Shown in pieces: positions 46,113 through 53,750 of a stretch of 64,000 nt of DNA (its first letter is position 1; each line of letters opens with the position of its first letter). Made by a program: the position numbers and the translations under genes. The stretch spans positions 293,298 through 357,297 of the forward strand of contig CAWGSZ010000001.1 of the NCBI GenBank assembly GCA_963825295.1, in the 5' to 3' direction. Below the pieces are notes generated by a model. That model had not been told where the DNA came from. It made no database searches and saw only the letters and a program-made list of their open reading frames with translations. The stretch is from Vicinamibacterales bacterium. GTDB taxonomy: Bacteria; Acidobacteriota; Vicinamibacteria; Vicinamibacterales; JAMQPK01.

Positions 46113-47851
46113 TGGTGGGCTTCGTACGTAGGCCGGGTCCTGCAGGACCCGGCGATCGGCGGGTCGACAGTGCAAGATCCGCTGCATGGCGGGTCTACAA
46201 AGCAAGACCCGCCCTACTCGTGGTGGCTCTCGCAGCGGTGGCGTCCGGCATCCTCTACGGCCAGGCGCGCAGCGCACCCGACTGGACGACGAGCGGGTTC
46301 GATGCGCAGCGATCGTCGTGGGTGCGCGCGGACCCGTACATTTCGATTCCGAATCTGACGAAGTTCCAGTTCATCTGGAAACTGAAGGTCGACAACGAGT
46401 CGCGGTTCGGGAACTCGCTGACCGCTCCCGTCGCGCTCGGCAACCTGATGACGTTTCGCGGATTCAAGTCGCTCGTCTTCGTCGGCGGCAGTTCCAACAA
46501 CGTCTACGCCATCGACTACGACTTCGGCACCATTTTCTGGCGGACCCATCACAACTACGCGGCCGGCGCCCGCGAGTTTTCCGGATCGCCCGCGTGTCCG
46601 GGCGGCATGACGATGCCGCTGACGCGCGCGACGCCGCTGGTTCCGACGGCGCAGCTGGCTTTCTTCGGGTTCGCGCGCCCGCCTCGTCCGGCCAAGGGGG
46701 ACATCGGCGAGCCTGGAAAAGGCGCACCTCAACTGGCCGAGATCGCGGCCCGCCTGGCGGCTCGCGGCAACAGCGGACGCGGAGCTGATACGCCGGCGCC
46801 CGCTCCACCGGCGCGCGGCGCCGCGCCTAACGCACCTCTCGCACCCAACGCATCCACCTCCGCGCCTACTTCGCAGACCGCTACGGCGGACAAGCCCGTC
46901 GCACCCAGTTCGCGGGTCGTGCGTGCAACCAACGCCGTTTTCAGCGTGGCCGCCGACGGCTTGTTGCGGGGACTCATTCCCGATACGGGCGATCTCGCGC
47001 TGGCACCGGCACGGTTTCTTCCGGCGAACGCGACAGCGACCGGGCTCATCTGGACCGAGGGCTTTGTTTATGCCGCCACGACAAATACATGCGGCGGCAC
47101 GTCGGAAGCCGTGTGGGCCATGGATGTTGCGTCGGACGCCAGGCCGGTGGTTTCGTGGGATACCGGTGGCGCGCCAGTGGCGGGAATCGCCGTCGGTCCC
47201 GACGGTACTGTGTACGCCGCCACCGGAAGCGGCACGTCTCAATACGCCAGCTCGATCGTGGCATTGGACGGCGCGACGCTGACCGTGCGCGACTGGGTCA
47301 CGCGCGAGTCCGGGTTTACGTCGGCGCCGGTCGTGTTCACCGAAGGGCAGAAGTCGTACGTGACGGCCACGTCGGACGGCCGGCTCCATGTCTTCGATGC
47401 CGCCTCGCTGGGCGGCGCCACTCACCGCGCGCCGCTGGCCATGACGGCCGATGCCGGGCTGCGCTTCGCCCCTGACGGTCTCGCGACGTGGCGCGACGAG
47501 TCGGGCACGCGCTGGATTCTTGCCGCCCTCGGCGATGCGATCGGCGGCTTCAAGGTCGTCGACAAGGGCGGCACACCCTCGATCGAGCGCGCGTGGACAT
47601 CGCGGACGATGGCATCTCCGCGCGCGCCGATCATCGTCAACGGCGTCGTGTTCGCGCTCGCCGGCGGCAACGCGAATGCGAACGCGACGCTCTACGCGCT
47701 CGATCCTTCGACAGGCAAGGATCTCTGGACCAGCGGAAGTACGATTACCGGGGTTGCCAGCGCCGGGCTGTCTGCCGGAACCGGCCAGGTGTACGTCGTG
47801 ACGTCGGACAACACGGTATGGTCGTTCGGCATTCCGCTCGCCATAAATTAG
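46109..47851 (+). CDS. PQQ-like beta-propeller repeat protein with a low-complexity insert
   Basis: ATG 46109 overlaps the upstream stop (ATGA). Blades such as NNVYAIDYDFGTIFW and ATLYALDPSTGKDLW. There is an Ala/Pro-rich insert including a CGCACC nonamer array. Confidence 0.7.
   Translation: MMVGFVRRPGPAGPGDRRVDSARSAAWRVYKARPALLVVALAAVASGILYGQARSAPDWTTSGFDAQRSSWVRADPYISIPNLTKFQFIWKLKVDNESRFGNSLTAPVALGNLMTFRGFKSLVFVGGSSNNVYAIDYDFGTIFWRTHHNYAAGAREFSGSPACPGGMTMPLTRATPLVPTAQLAFFGFARPPRPAKGDIGEPGKGAPQLAEIAARLAARGNSGRGADTPAPAPPARGAAPNAPLAPNASTSAPTSQTATADKPVAPSSRVVRATNAVFSVAADGLLRGLIPDTGDLALAPARFLPANATATGLIWTEGFVYAATTNTCGGTSEAVWAMDVASDARPVVSWDTGGAPVAGIAVGPDGTVYAATGSGTSQYASSIVALDGATLTVRDWVTRESGFTSAPVVFTEGQKSYVTATSDGRLHVFDAASLGGATHRAPLAMTADAGLRFAPDGLATWRDESGTRWILAALGDAIGGFKVVDKGGTPSIERAWTSRTMASPRAPIIVNGVVFALAGGNANANATLYALDPSTGKDLWTSGSTITGVASAGLSAGTGQVYVVTSDNTVWSFGIPLAIN
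46822..46857. repeat. 4 x 9-nt array (CGCACCNNN, complement orientation) in frame in a propeller gene
   Basis: CGCGCCTAA CGCACCTCT CGCACCCAA CGCATCCAC. It encodes APNAPLAPNAST. Confidence 0.75.
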
Positions 47852-47931
47852 GTGCGAGGGGTGCGAGGGGTGCGAGGGGTGCGTCAGGTGCGTCAGGTGC
47901 GAGGGGTGCGATGGGTGCGCTAGGTGCGGCC
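47851..47931. repeat. 9 x 9-nt tandem array (GGTGCGNNN) filling an intergenic gap
   Basis: GGTGCGAGG x3, GGTGCGTCA x2, GGTGCGAGG, GGTGCGATG, GGTGCGCTA, GGTGCGGCC. It starts at the last base of the TAG stop (47849-47851) and ends 3 nt before ATG 47935. Confidence 0.9.
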
Positions 47932-47934
47932 CGG

Positions 47935-48405
47935 ATGGGCATCGTGCTGGTTCTTGCCGCGATAGCGGTGCCGGCCGCGGCTCAGGACACGCTGCCCGAC
48001 GCGCCCGGGAAGAAAGAGACGCTACAGGTCTGCTCGGCCTGTCACGAGGCGGCGAAAGCGACGTCCGTCAAGCTGACCCGCGAGGGCTGGGTCGAGACGC
48101 TCGATCGCATGAAAGCCTTCGGGGCTTCCGGATCGGACGCCGAGTTCGCGGCGGTCCTCGAATATCTGGCCGCGAACTTCAAGGGTGATACGGTGCGGCC
48201 CCTCGACATGAACTCGGCCGAATCGATCGATCTGGAAAGCGTGCTGCAGTTGCTGCGGCGCGAAAGTCGAGCCGTTCTGGAGTACCGAACAAAGCACGGG
48301 CAGTTCACGTCGCTTGACGACCTCAAGGAGCTCGACCCGGTCATCTTCAAGAAGATCGAAGCGAAAAAGGATCGCATCGTCTTCATCACACAGCCGACAA
48401 AATGA
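47935..48405 (+). CDS. mono-heme c-type cytochrome domain fused to a ComEA-like helix-hairpin-helix domain
   Basis: Signal peptide, CSACH at 48031-48045, and C-terminal LDMNSAESIDLES..VLEYRTKHGQFTSLDDLKEL (ComEA-type HhH). An in-frame upstream ATG at 47911 is an alternative start. Confidence 0.65.
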   Translation: MGIVLVLAAIAVPAAAQDTLPDAPGKKETLQVCSACHEAAKATSVKLTREGWVETLDRMKAFGASGSDAEFAAVLEYLAANFKGDTVRPLDMNSAESIDLESVLQLLRRESRAVLEYRTKHGQFTSLDDLKELDPVIFKKIEAKKDRIVFITQPTK

Positions 48406-49415
48406 GACGCACAATCATCGTCCGCGCTCTTCAGCTCTTCTTCCTGGTCGTGTTCGTGCTGCTATCGGTGCTGGCGTTCTATACCTGGCAGACGTGGGAT
48501 CGCTCCTACGACGAAGTGACGATTCCCGAAGTACACGCGTCGAGCGATCCCGCCGTCATTGCCAAGGGCGAGTATCTCGTCTACGGCCCCGCGCACTGTG
48601 TTGAATGCCACGCGAAATCGTTCGAGGAATTTCAGAAGGTCGTCAACAACGAGAAGGTGCCGCTGCAGGGCGGGACGAAGTTTACGGCGCCGCCGCTCGG
48701 GTCGATCTATTCGAGGAACCTGACGCCCGACAGGGAAACGGGCATCGGCCGCTACACCGACGGACAGATCGCGCGCATGATGCGCTACAACGTCCGTCCC
48801 GACGGGCGGGCGTCGATCGGCCCGATGATGCCGTTCCACAACATGAGCGACGAGGACATGGTCGCGATCATCTCGTTCCTGCGGGCGCAGCCGCCGGTGC
48901 GCAACGAGGTGCCCGACAACGAGTGGACGATGGCGGGCAAGGTGATCAAGAGCCTGTCGTCGACGTTCAAACCGCGCGAAGCGGTGAACCCGCCGAAGAC
49001 CGCTCCCGAGGAGAAGCCGACCGTGCAGCGTGGCGAGTACCTCGCGCGATACGTGGCCAACTGCGTGGGCTGCCACACTCCGCTCGACGACACCACGTTC
49101 CAGCCGTCGGGACCGGAATTCTCGGGCGGCGAAGAGTTCGAGCCGATGCCGATGCCGGGCGCCGACATGAAGACATGGTTCCGCACGCCGAACATCACCC
49201 CGATGAAAGGCAGCGCGCTGATGAAGTTCGCGGATCGCGCGACGTTTGTCGCGCGCTTCAAGGTGGGCGGCCGTCAGCATCCGGGCACGCCCATGCCGTG
49301 GGAGGCGTACGCGAAGATGAGCCCGGACGACGTGGGCGCGCTGTACGAGTTCCTCCACGCGCTGCCCGCGCAGCCGGGCTTCACCGGCGAAGTGACGTTC
49401 CACAAGACAGAATAG
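48402..49415 (+). CDS. membrane-anchored di-heme cytochrome c
   Basis: N-terminal TM segment, CVECH and CVGCH motifs. The ATG overlaps the upstream stop. Confidence 0.8.
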   Translation: MRRTIIVRALQLFFLVVFVLLSVLAFYTWQTWDRSYDEVTIPEVHASSDPAVIAKGEYLVYGPAHCVECHAKSFEEFQKVVNNEKVPLQGGTKFTAPPLGSIYSRNLTPDRETGIGRYTDGQIARMMRYNVRPDGRASIGPMMPFHNMSDEDMVAIISFLRAQPPVRNEVPDNEWTMAGKVIKSLSSTFKPREAVNPPKTAPEEKPTVQRGEYLARYVANCVGCHTPLDDTTFQPSGPEFSGGEEFEPMPMPGADMKTWFRTPNITPMKGSALMKFADRATFVARFKVGGRQHPGTPMPWEAYAKMSPDDVGALYEFLHALPAQPGFTGEVTFHKTE

Positions 49416-49504
49416 ATCCATCAGGTAGTCCTCTTTCGTGTGCGCCCGGTTCTTGCATCCGGTACTCCGGGAGCCGGCATGCGTATGGATTTGCTGCACT
49501 CGAA

Positions 49505-50857
49505 ATGGCGGTAGAGGCACACCGGTTGACGCACGGCGTCGGCACGCGCTGGCATGCCATCCGGCGCCGATACAAGTGGTGGCAGCTGACGCTGTTTGCT
49601 GTCGGTGTGATCGCCGCGCTATCGGTCCTGGGCGCCTTGTTTTTTGCGATCGGAAATGAACCCGCACGGGTCTATACCGACGTCACCCCTCCGACGGTGG
49701 AGTCGCCGCACTTCGCCACGGCTCTCGCCGCCATCGTCGGCGCGCCGGTCGAGAATGGCGGCGCGATCGCGATGCTCAACAACGGCGACGAGTTCGTCCC
49801 GTCGTTGCTCGATGCGATCGGCCGGGCGCGGCGCACCATCAACATCGCCGTCTATATCTGGTCGGAGGGCGCGTTCAGCGACCGGTTGATTGCCGCGCTC
49901 GAGAAGAAGCAGCGCGAAGGCGTCAGCGTGCGAATCCTGCTCGACGGGCTCGGCAGCATCAACGTGCCGGACGAAGACTTCGAGGCGCTCGAGGCGGCGG
50001 GCGGGAAAGTCGAGAAGTTCCGGACGCCGAAATTCGGCAAGCTCACGCGATTCCACCGGCGCAACCATCGCCGGTCGATCGTCATCGACGGCGATGTCGG
50101 GTTCACCGGCGGCATGGCTGTTTCGGATGTGTGGCTCGGCCATGCGCAGGACAAAGAGCACTGGCGCGACATGATGTTCCGGGTGACCGGCCCCATGGCC
50201 AGGAGCCTGCAGTCGGCGTTCGTCGATCTGTGGGTGAGCTCTTCGGGCGAGCTGCTTCTCGATCCGACGCACTACCCGATGGTGGCGCCGGCGGTGGCGC
50301 CTGGCATCGACCGGTTCGTGCATCTCGCCAGTTCTCCGGCAGACGACGATCAGTCGATGTCGTATTTCTATCTGCTGCCGGTTCTGGCCGCGCGCAAGAG
50401 CATCTTCCTCGCTGCGCCGTACTACATCCCGGACGTGCACCTCCAGGAAGCATTGGTGGAAAAAGCGCGGGCCGGCGTTGACGTCCGCCTGCTGCTGCCA
50501 GGGGCGCACACGGACAACTGGATTGTCCGGGCAAGCGCCCAGGCGCGGTATCAGGAATTGCTCGAAGCCGGCGTGAAGGTGTACGAGTATCAGCCGACGT
50601 TCATGCACGCGAAGTACGGCGTCATCGACGGCGCGTGGGCCATCATCGGTTCGCCGAACCTCAATTCGCGCTCGCGGCAGCTGGACGAGGAGAATGCGCT
50701 CGGTGTGTACGACCCGGCGTTCGGCGCCAGACTGGCCGCCACGTTCGTCGCGGATCTCGAGTCGTCACAGCCCGTCTCGCTCGACGAGTGGCGGCGGAGA
50801 AACCCGATGCAGAAGCTGTTCGAAACGCTGTCGAGGATCCTCGATCAGCAATCGTGA
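49505..50857 (+). CDS. cls: cardiolipin synthase / phospholipase D family protein
   Basis: N-terminal TM segment and two PLD-type motifs (HRRNHRRSIVIDG and HAKYGVIDG..GSPNLNSRS). Confidence 0.8.
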   Translation: MAVEAHRLTHGVGTRWHAIRRRYKWWQLTLFAVGVIAALSVLGALFFAIGNEPARVYTDVTPPTVESPHFATALAAIVGAPVENGGAIAMLNNGDEFVPSLLDAIGRARRTINIAVYIWSEGAFSDRLIAALEKKQREGVSVRILLDGLGSINVPDEDFEALEAAGGKVEKFRTPKFGKLTRFHRRNHRRSIVIDGDVGFTGGMAVSDVWLGHAQDKEHWRDMMFRVTGPMARSLQSAFVDLWVSSSGELLLDPTHYPMVAPAVAPGIDRFVHLASSPADDDQSMSYFYLLPVLAARKSIFLAAPYYIPDVHLQEALVEKARAGVDVRLLLPGAHTDNWIVRASAQARYQELLEAGVKVYEYQPTFMHAKYGVIDGAWAIIGSPNLNSRSRQLDEENALGVYDPAFGARLAATFVADLESSQPVSLDEWRRRNPMQKLFETLSRILDQQS

Positions 50858-50909
50858 TCACGAAGACCACGAAGGCCAACCACGAAGACACCAAGATCAC
50901 GAAGACACC
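50857..50909. repeat. 9-nt-unit array (NNCACGAAG) directly after the cls stop
   Basis: ATCACGAAG ACCACGAAG GCCAACCACGAAG ACACCAAG ATCACGAAG ACACC. It is followed by a small hairpin, ACAGGGCT/AGCCCTGT (50928-50945). Confidence 0.75.
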
Positions 50910-51075
50910 GGGTTGGGCAGGGGTGGTACAGGGCTTTAGCCCTGTCTCCAGTTATCTAGTGTAGAGAGGGCTTTGCAGAATCGTTGTAGCGGCGCGGCAG
51001 TAACGCCAACCCAACGACGTCCGGTCCGAACCACCTATCACGAGCAAAAACAGAAGATCAGAAGTTTAGACGAAT

Positions 51076-51819
51076 TCACACCGCGATCTCACACACCAAC
51101 GGAAAGTGATCCGAGGCCTGTTTTACGGCAGGATGATCGCGAATCACATCGCAGCGCTGCAGGCGGCCTTTGAACGGCTCTGGGAGAAAGGCGTAGTCGA
51201 GGCGCACGTGAGGGTCCCAGCTGGTGAACGTGAAGCCTTCATCGCCGTGGAATTTCCGGTAGCCGTCCACGTAGCCCGCTTCGAGCATCATGCGAATCGT
51301 GATCCAGCGAATGGACTTGCCCGTCACCCAGGCGAGCGCGCGCAGGCGGGGCGGCAGCCTGTCGAGGTCGAGCCGTTCGCCGGGCGCCAGCGTATTGAAG
51401 TCGCCGGTGACGACGTGCAGTCCCTCCTGATGGCGCTCGACGCTGCGCAGCAGCATGCGCAGCTCGTGCGCGCGGCGCTGTTCGGTCAGATTGCTGTGCA
51501 CCGCGCTCAGATGGACGCCGTAGATGCGTACGCCCGCGGCCGTGACGATCTCCAGATACGCGCGCTTGGCCCAGCGCGTGCGGCGCCACACATGCTCCGC
51601 CATCGCAACGTGGCTCAGGCACGCAACCGAGTGTCCCGGCGACGAGGCGACATGCTCGAAGCCGCAGGTGGCCGCCAGGTGCTTCACCACCTCCGGCCGA
51701 TAGGCTTCCTGAAGAATGACGAGGTCGGCTTCCTGGGCCGCGATGATGGCGGCGAGCAGCGACTCGCGCCCGCTGCCGCCTTTGAGAATGTTGTAGCTGA
51801 GGATCCGAAGCCGCGTCAC
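51076..51819 (-). CDS. endonuclease/exonuclease/phosphatase (EEP) family protein
   Basis: RILSYNILKG..DLVILQE.., GDFN, and C-terminal SDHFPL. Confidence 0.8.
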   Translation of the reverse strand: MTRLRILSYNILKGGSGRESLLAAIIAAQEADLVILQEAYRPEVVKHLAATCGFEHVASSPGHSVACLSHVAMAEHVWRRTRWAKRAYLEIVTAAGVRIYGVHLSAVHSNLTEQRRAHELRMLLRSVERHQEGLHVVTGDFNTLAPGERLDLDRLPPRLRALAWVTGKSIRWITIRMMLEAGYVDGYRKFHGDEGFTFTSWDPHVRLDYAFLPEPFKGRLQRCDVIRDHPAVKQASDHFPLVCEIAV

Positions 51820-52283
51820 AGTTCCTGGATCGTTCCGAAGAGCGTTAAGTACGGCTGGAGCATGATGTCGCCGCGAAAGTGCTGGACCCAGTCGCGCGTC
51901 CCCTGAATGTTCACCGGACGGTGCACCATGTCCATCAGGCGCGACCGCAGCGGCAGGAGCTCGGGCGCGATATCCGGGTGCTCGTCGCTCAGCGGCTTCG
52001 AGTGCATGCCCGGGATCCAGAACGCGGAGTAGTAGCGGAGCACTTCGGCACCGACCAGCGTCAGATCGAGGTCGCTCGTGCCGGGGCCGTCCGCGTCGAA
52101 CGGCGCGCCGTCGACGAAGCGGAGGCCTGTAATGGCGCTGCCGCGAAGCACGGCGGCGTGGGCTTCCGGAACGGCCTGCTGCACGGCCTCGCAGAACTGG
52201 TCGTACATCGAACGTTCGTTGTTGAAGGCGAGCTTCAGGACCGAGGTCAGCTTTTCCGCATCGGTCGGCTGCCGCTCCGTCAT
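51816..52283 (-). CDS. hypothetical protein (possible nucleotidyltransferase-fold)
   Basis: ATG 52283 overlaps the M23 stop, and its own stop overlaps the EEP start. GSAITG..GTSDLDLTLVG is weakly reminiscent of the NTase GS..DxD pattern. Confidence 0.5.
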   Translation of the reverse strand: MTERQPTDAEKLTSVLKLAFNNERSMYDQFCEAVQQAVPEAHAAVLRGSAITGLRFVDGAPFDADGPGTSDLDLTLVGAEVLRYYSAFWIPGMHSKPLSDEHPDIAPELLPLRSRLMDMVHRPVNIQGTRDWVQHFRGDIMLQPYLTLFGTIQEL

Positions 52284-53650
52284 GGCCGCGCCTGGCCGGC
52301 GTCGCGCAGCTTGCGCATCACGCGGTCTTCGATCCAGTGCGGATCCCACCACTCGGTGGCGTTCACGAAGCGTCCGTTCACCAGCATGCTGAAGTGCAGG
52401 TGATCGCCGCCGGCCAGGCCGGTCTGGCCGCTGGCGCCGAGCGTCTGTCCCTTCTGCACCTCGTCGCCTTCCTTGACCGCAAACGAGGAGAGATGCCCGT
52501 ACAACGACTGCACGCCCATGCCGTGATCGACGATGACCGTATTACCGTAAATGCCGAGCTCGGCAGCGAAGAGCACCTTGCCGCGGTTGCCCGACGTCAC
52601 CGGCGAGTTGGTGGTCTTGGCGAGGTCGAAGCCGAGATGCACCTGACGGTCCACCTCTTTGCCGCCGTAGAGATAGGTGCGGAAATCAGCGAAGGACGAT
52701 TCGATTTGCGAACCGCCGAGCGGCTGAAACGCATCCTGCCAGAGGATGGCGGGCGCCGTCTTCTGCGCCAGCGACGCAATCGTCTCGTTGTTCATCCGTC
52801 GAAGGTCGTTGTTGATCTTGAGGAAGGCCGGCAACACGTCGTCGGCCGGCGCCTTCAGTTGCGGCGAGCTCTGCAGGATCGCCGGCACGACGCGGCCGAG
52901 AAACTTGTCATCCAGCGGAATCCGGCTGTTGCGGAACGTCTTCGGAAAGATGCGGTGGTCGAATTGCGCGCGCGCCGTGTTGCCGGCCGTGTCGCGCGCG
53001 AAGAGCTCCAGCGGCGTCCCCGGCTTCTGGTCGTAGAGCAGCGCGAAGAACGCGATCTTGAGCTCGGGATCTTTGAGGCCGGCATTCGATCCGGAGAAGC
53101 CCGGATAGATGACGTCGCCAACGCGTACGCCGGACTCGGCATCCGGCGGCGAGACGCGATAGACGATCACTTCCGATCCGCCGACGTTGATGTAGTGATG
53201 CGTCGACACGACGGCGATGCGCGGCGGCGTGAGCCGGACCTCGACGTCCCGCGACGCTTCGGACGCCACGTGCCTCAATCCGCGCAGCACAGGCCGCGAC
53301 GCACGCACGCGCACCGTCGCCGGGCCGCTTGCGAGATCCGGGACGGTGCTTTTCCCGATCGGATGCTTGACGCGCAGCCGCTCGCCTTCCCTGACGACCG
53401 ACCCTTCCGGCGCCGATGCGAGATCGAGAATCGGAAACGAGCGGCCCTTCTGCGCCAGCTCGACCGTCAGGGCGTCGAGTTCGGCGCCGGGCGCCTCGAT
53501 GGTGACGTCGAGCGTGCCCGCCTGGCCGATGACCGATGGCTGATTGATGGCAATGACGGGCCCGTCGGCACGGCCCGCGGAGAAGTACGCGATACCCGCG
53601 CCGAGTGCGAGGGGCACGACGAGAAGGAAGAACCATCGGACGATACGCAT
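52280..53650 (-). CDS. M23/LytM family metallopeptidase, membrane-anchored
   Basis: ATG at 53650 (MRIVRWFFLLVVPLALG). C-terminal motifs HLGFDLA, GNTVIVDHG and GDHLHFS. Confidence 0.85.
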   Translation of the reverse strand: MRIVRWFFLLVVPLALGAGIAYFSAGRADGPVIAINQPSVIGQAGTLDVTIEAPGAELDALTVELAQKGRSFPILDLASAPEGSVVREGERLRVKHPIGKSTVPDLASGPATVRVRASRPVLRGLRHVASEASRDVEVRLTPPRIAVVSTHHYINVGGSEVIVYRVSPPDAESGVRVGDVIYPGFSGSNAGLKDPELKIAFFALLYDQKPGTPLELFARDTAGNTARAQFDHRIFPKTFRNSRIPLDDKFLGRVVPAILQSSPQLKAPADDVLPAFLKINNDLRRMNNETIASLAQKTAPAILWQDAFQPLGGSQIESSFADFRTYLYGGKEVDRQVHLGFDLAKTTNSPVTSGNRGKVLFAAELGIYGNTVIVDHGMGVQSLYGHLSSFAVKEGDEVQKGQTLGASGQTGLAGGDHLHFSMLVNGRFVNATEWWDPHWIEDRVMRKLRDAGQARP

Positions 53651-53750
53651 GGGCACAATTGTACAAGCTCCCAGCGCTCGCATTCCCCGGATCGCCAGGG
53701 CTGCGCAGATGTTCCGGAGATGTCTCAGTCTGATACGACTGCGGTGCCCG

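Noticed and set aside
47851-47931. GGTGCG arrays (also 40441-40512) as possible CRISPR arrays.
   Set aside because: The period is only 9 nt, with no spacers and no cas genes. These are microsatellite-like tandem repeats.
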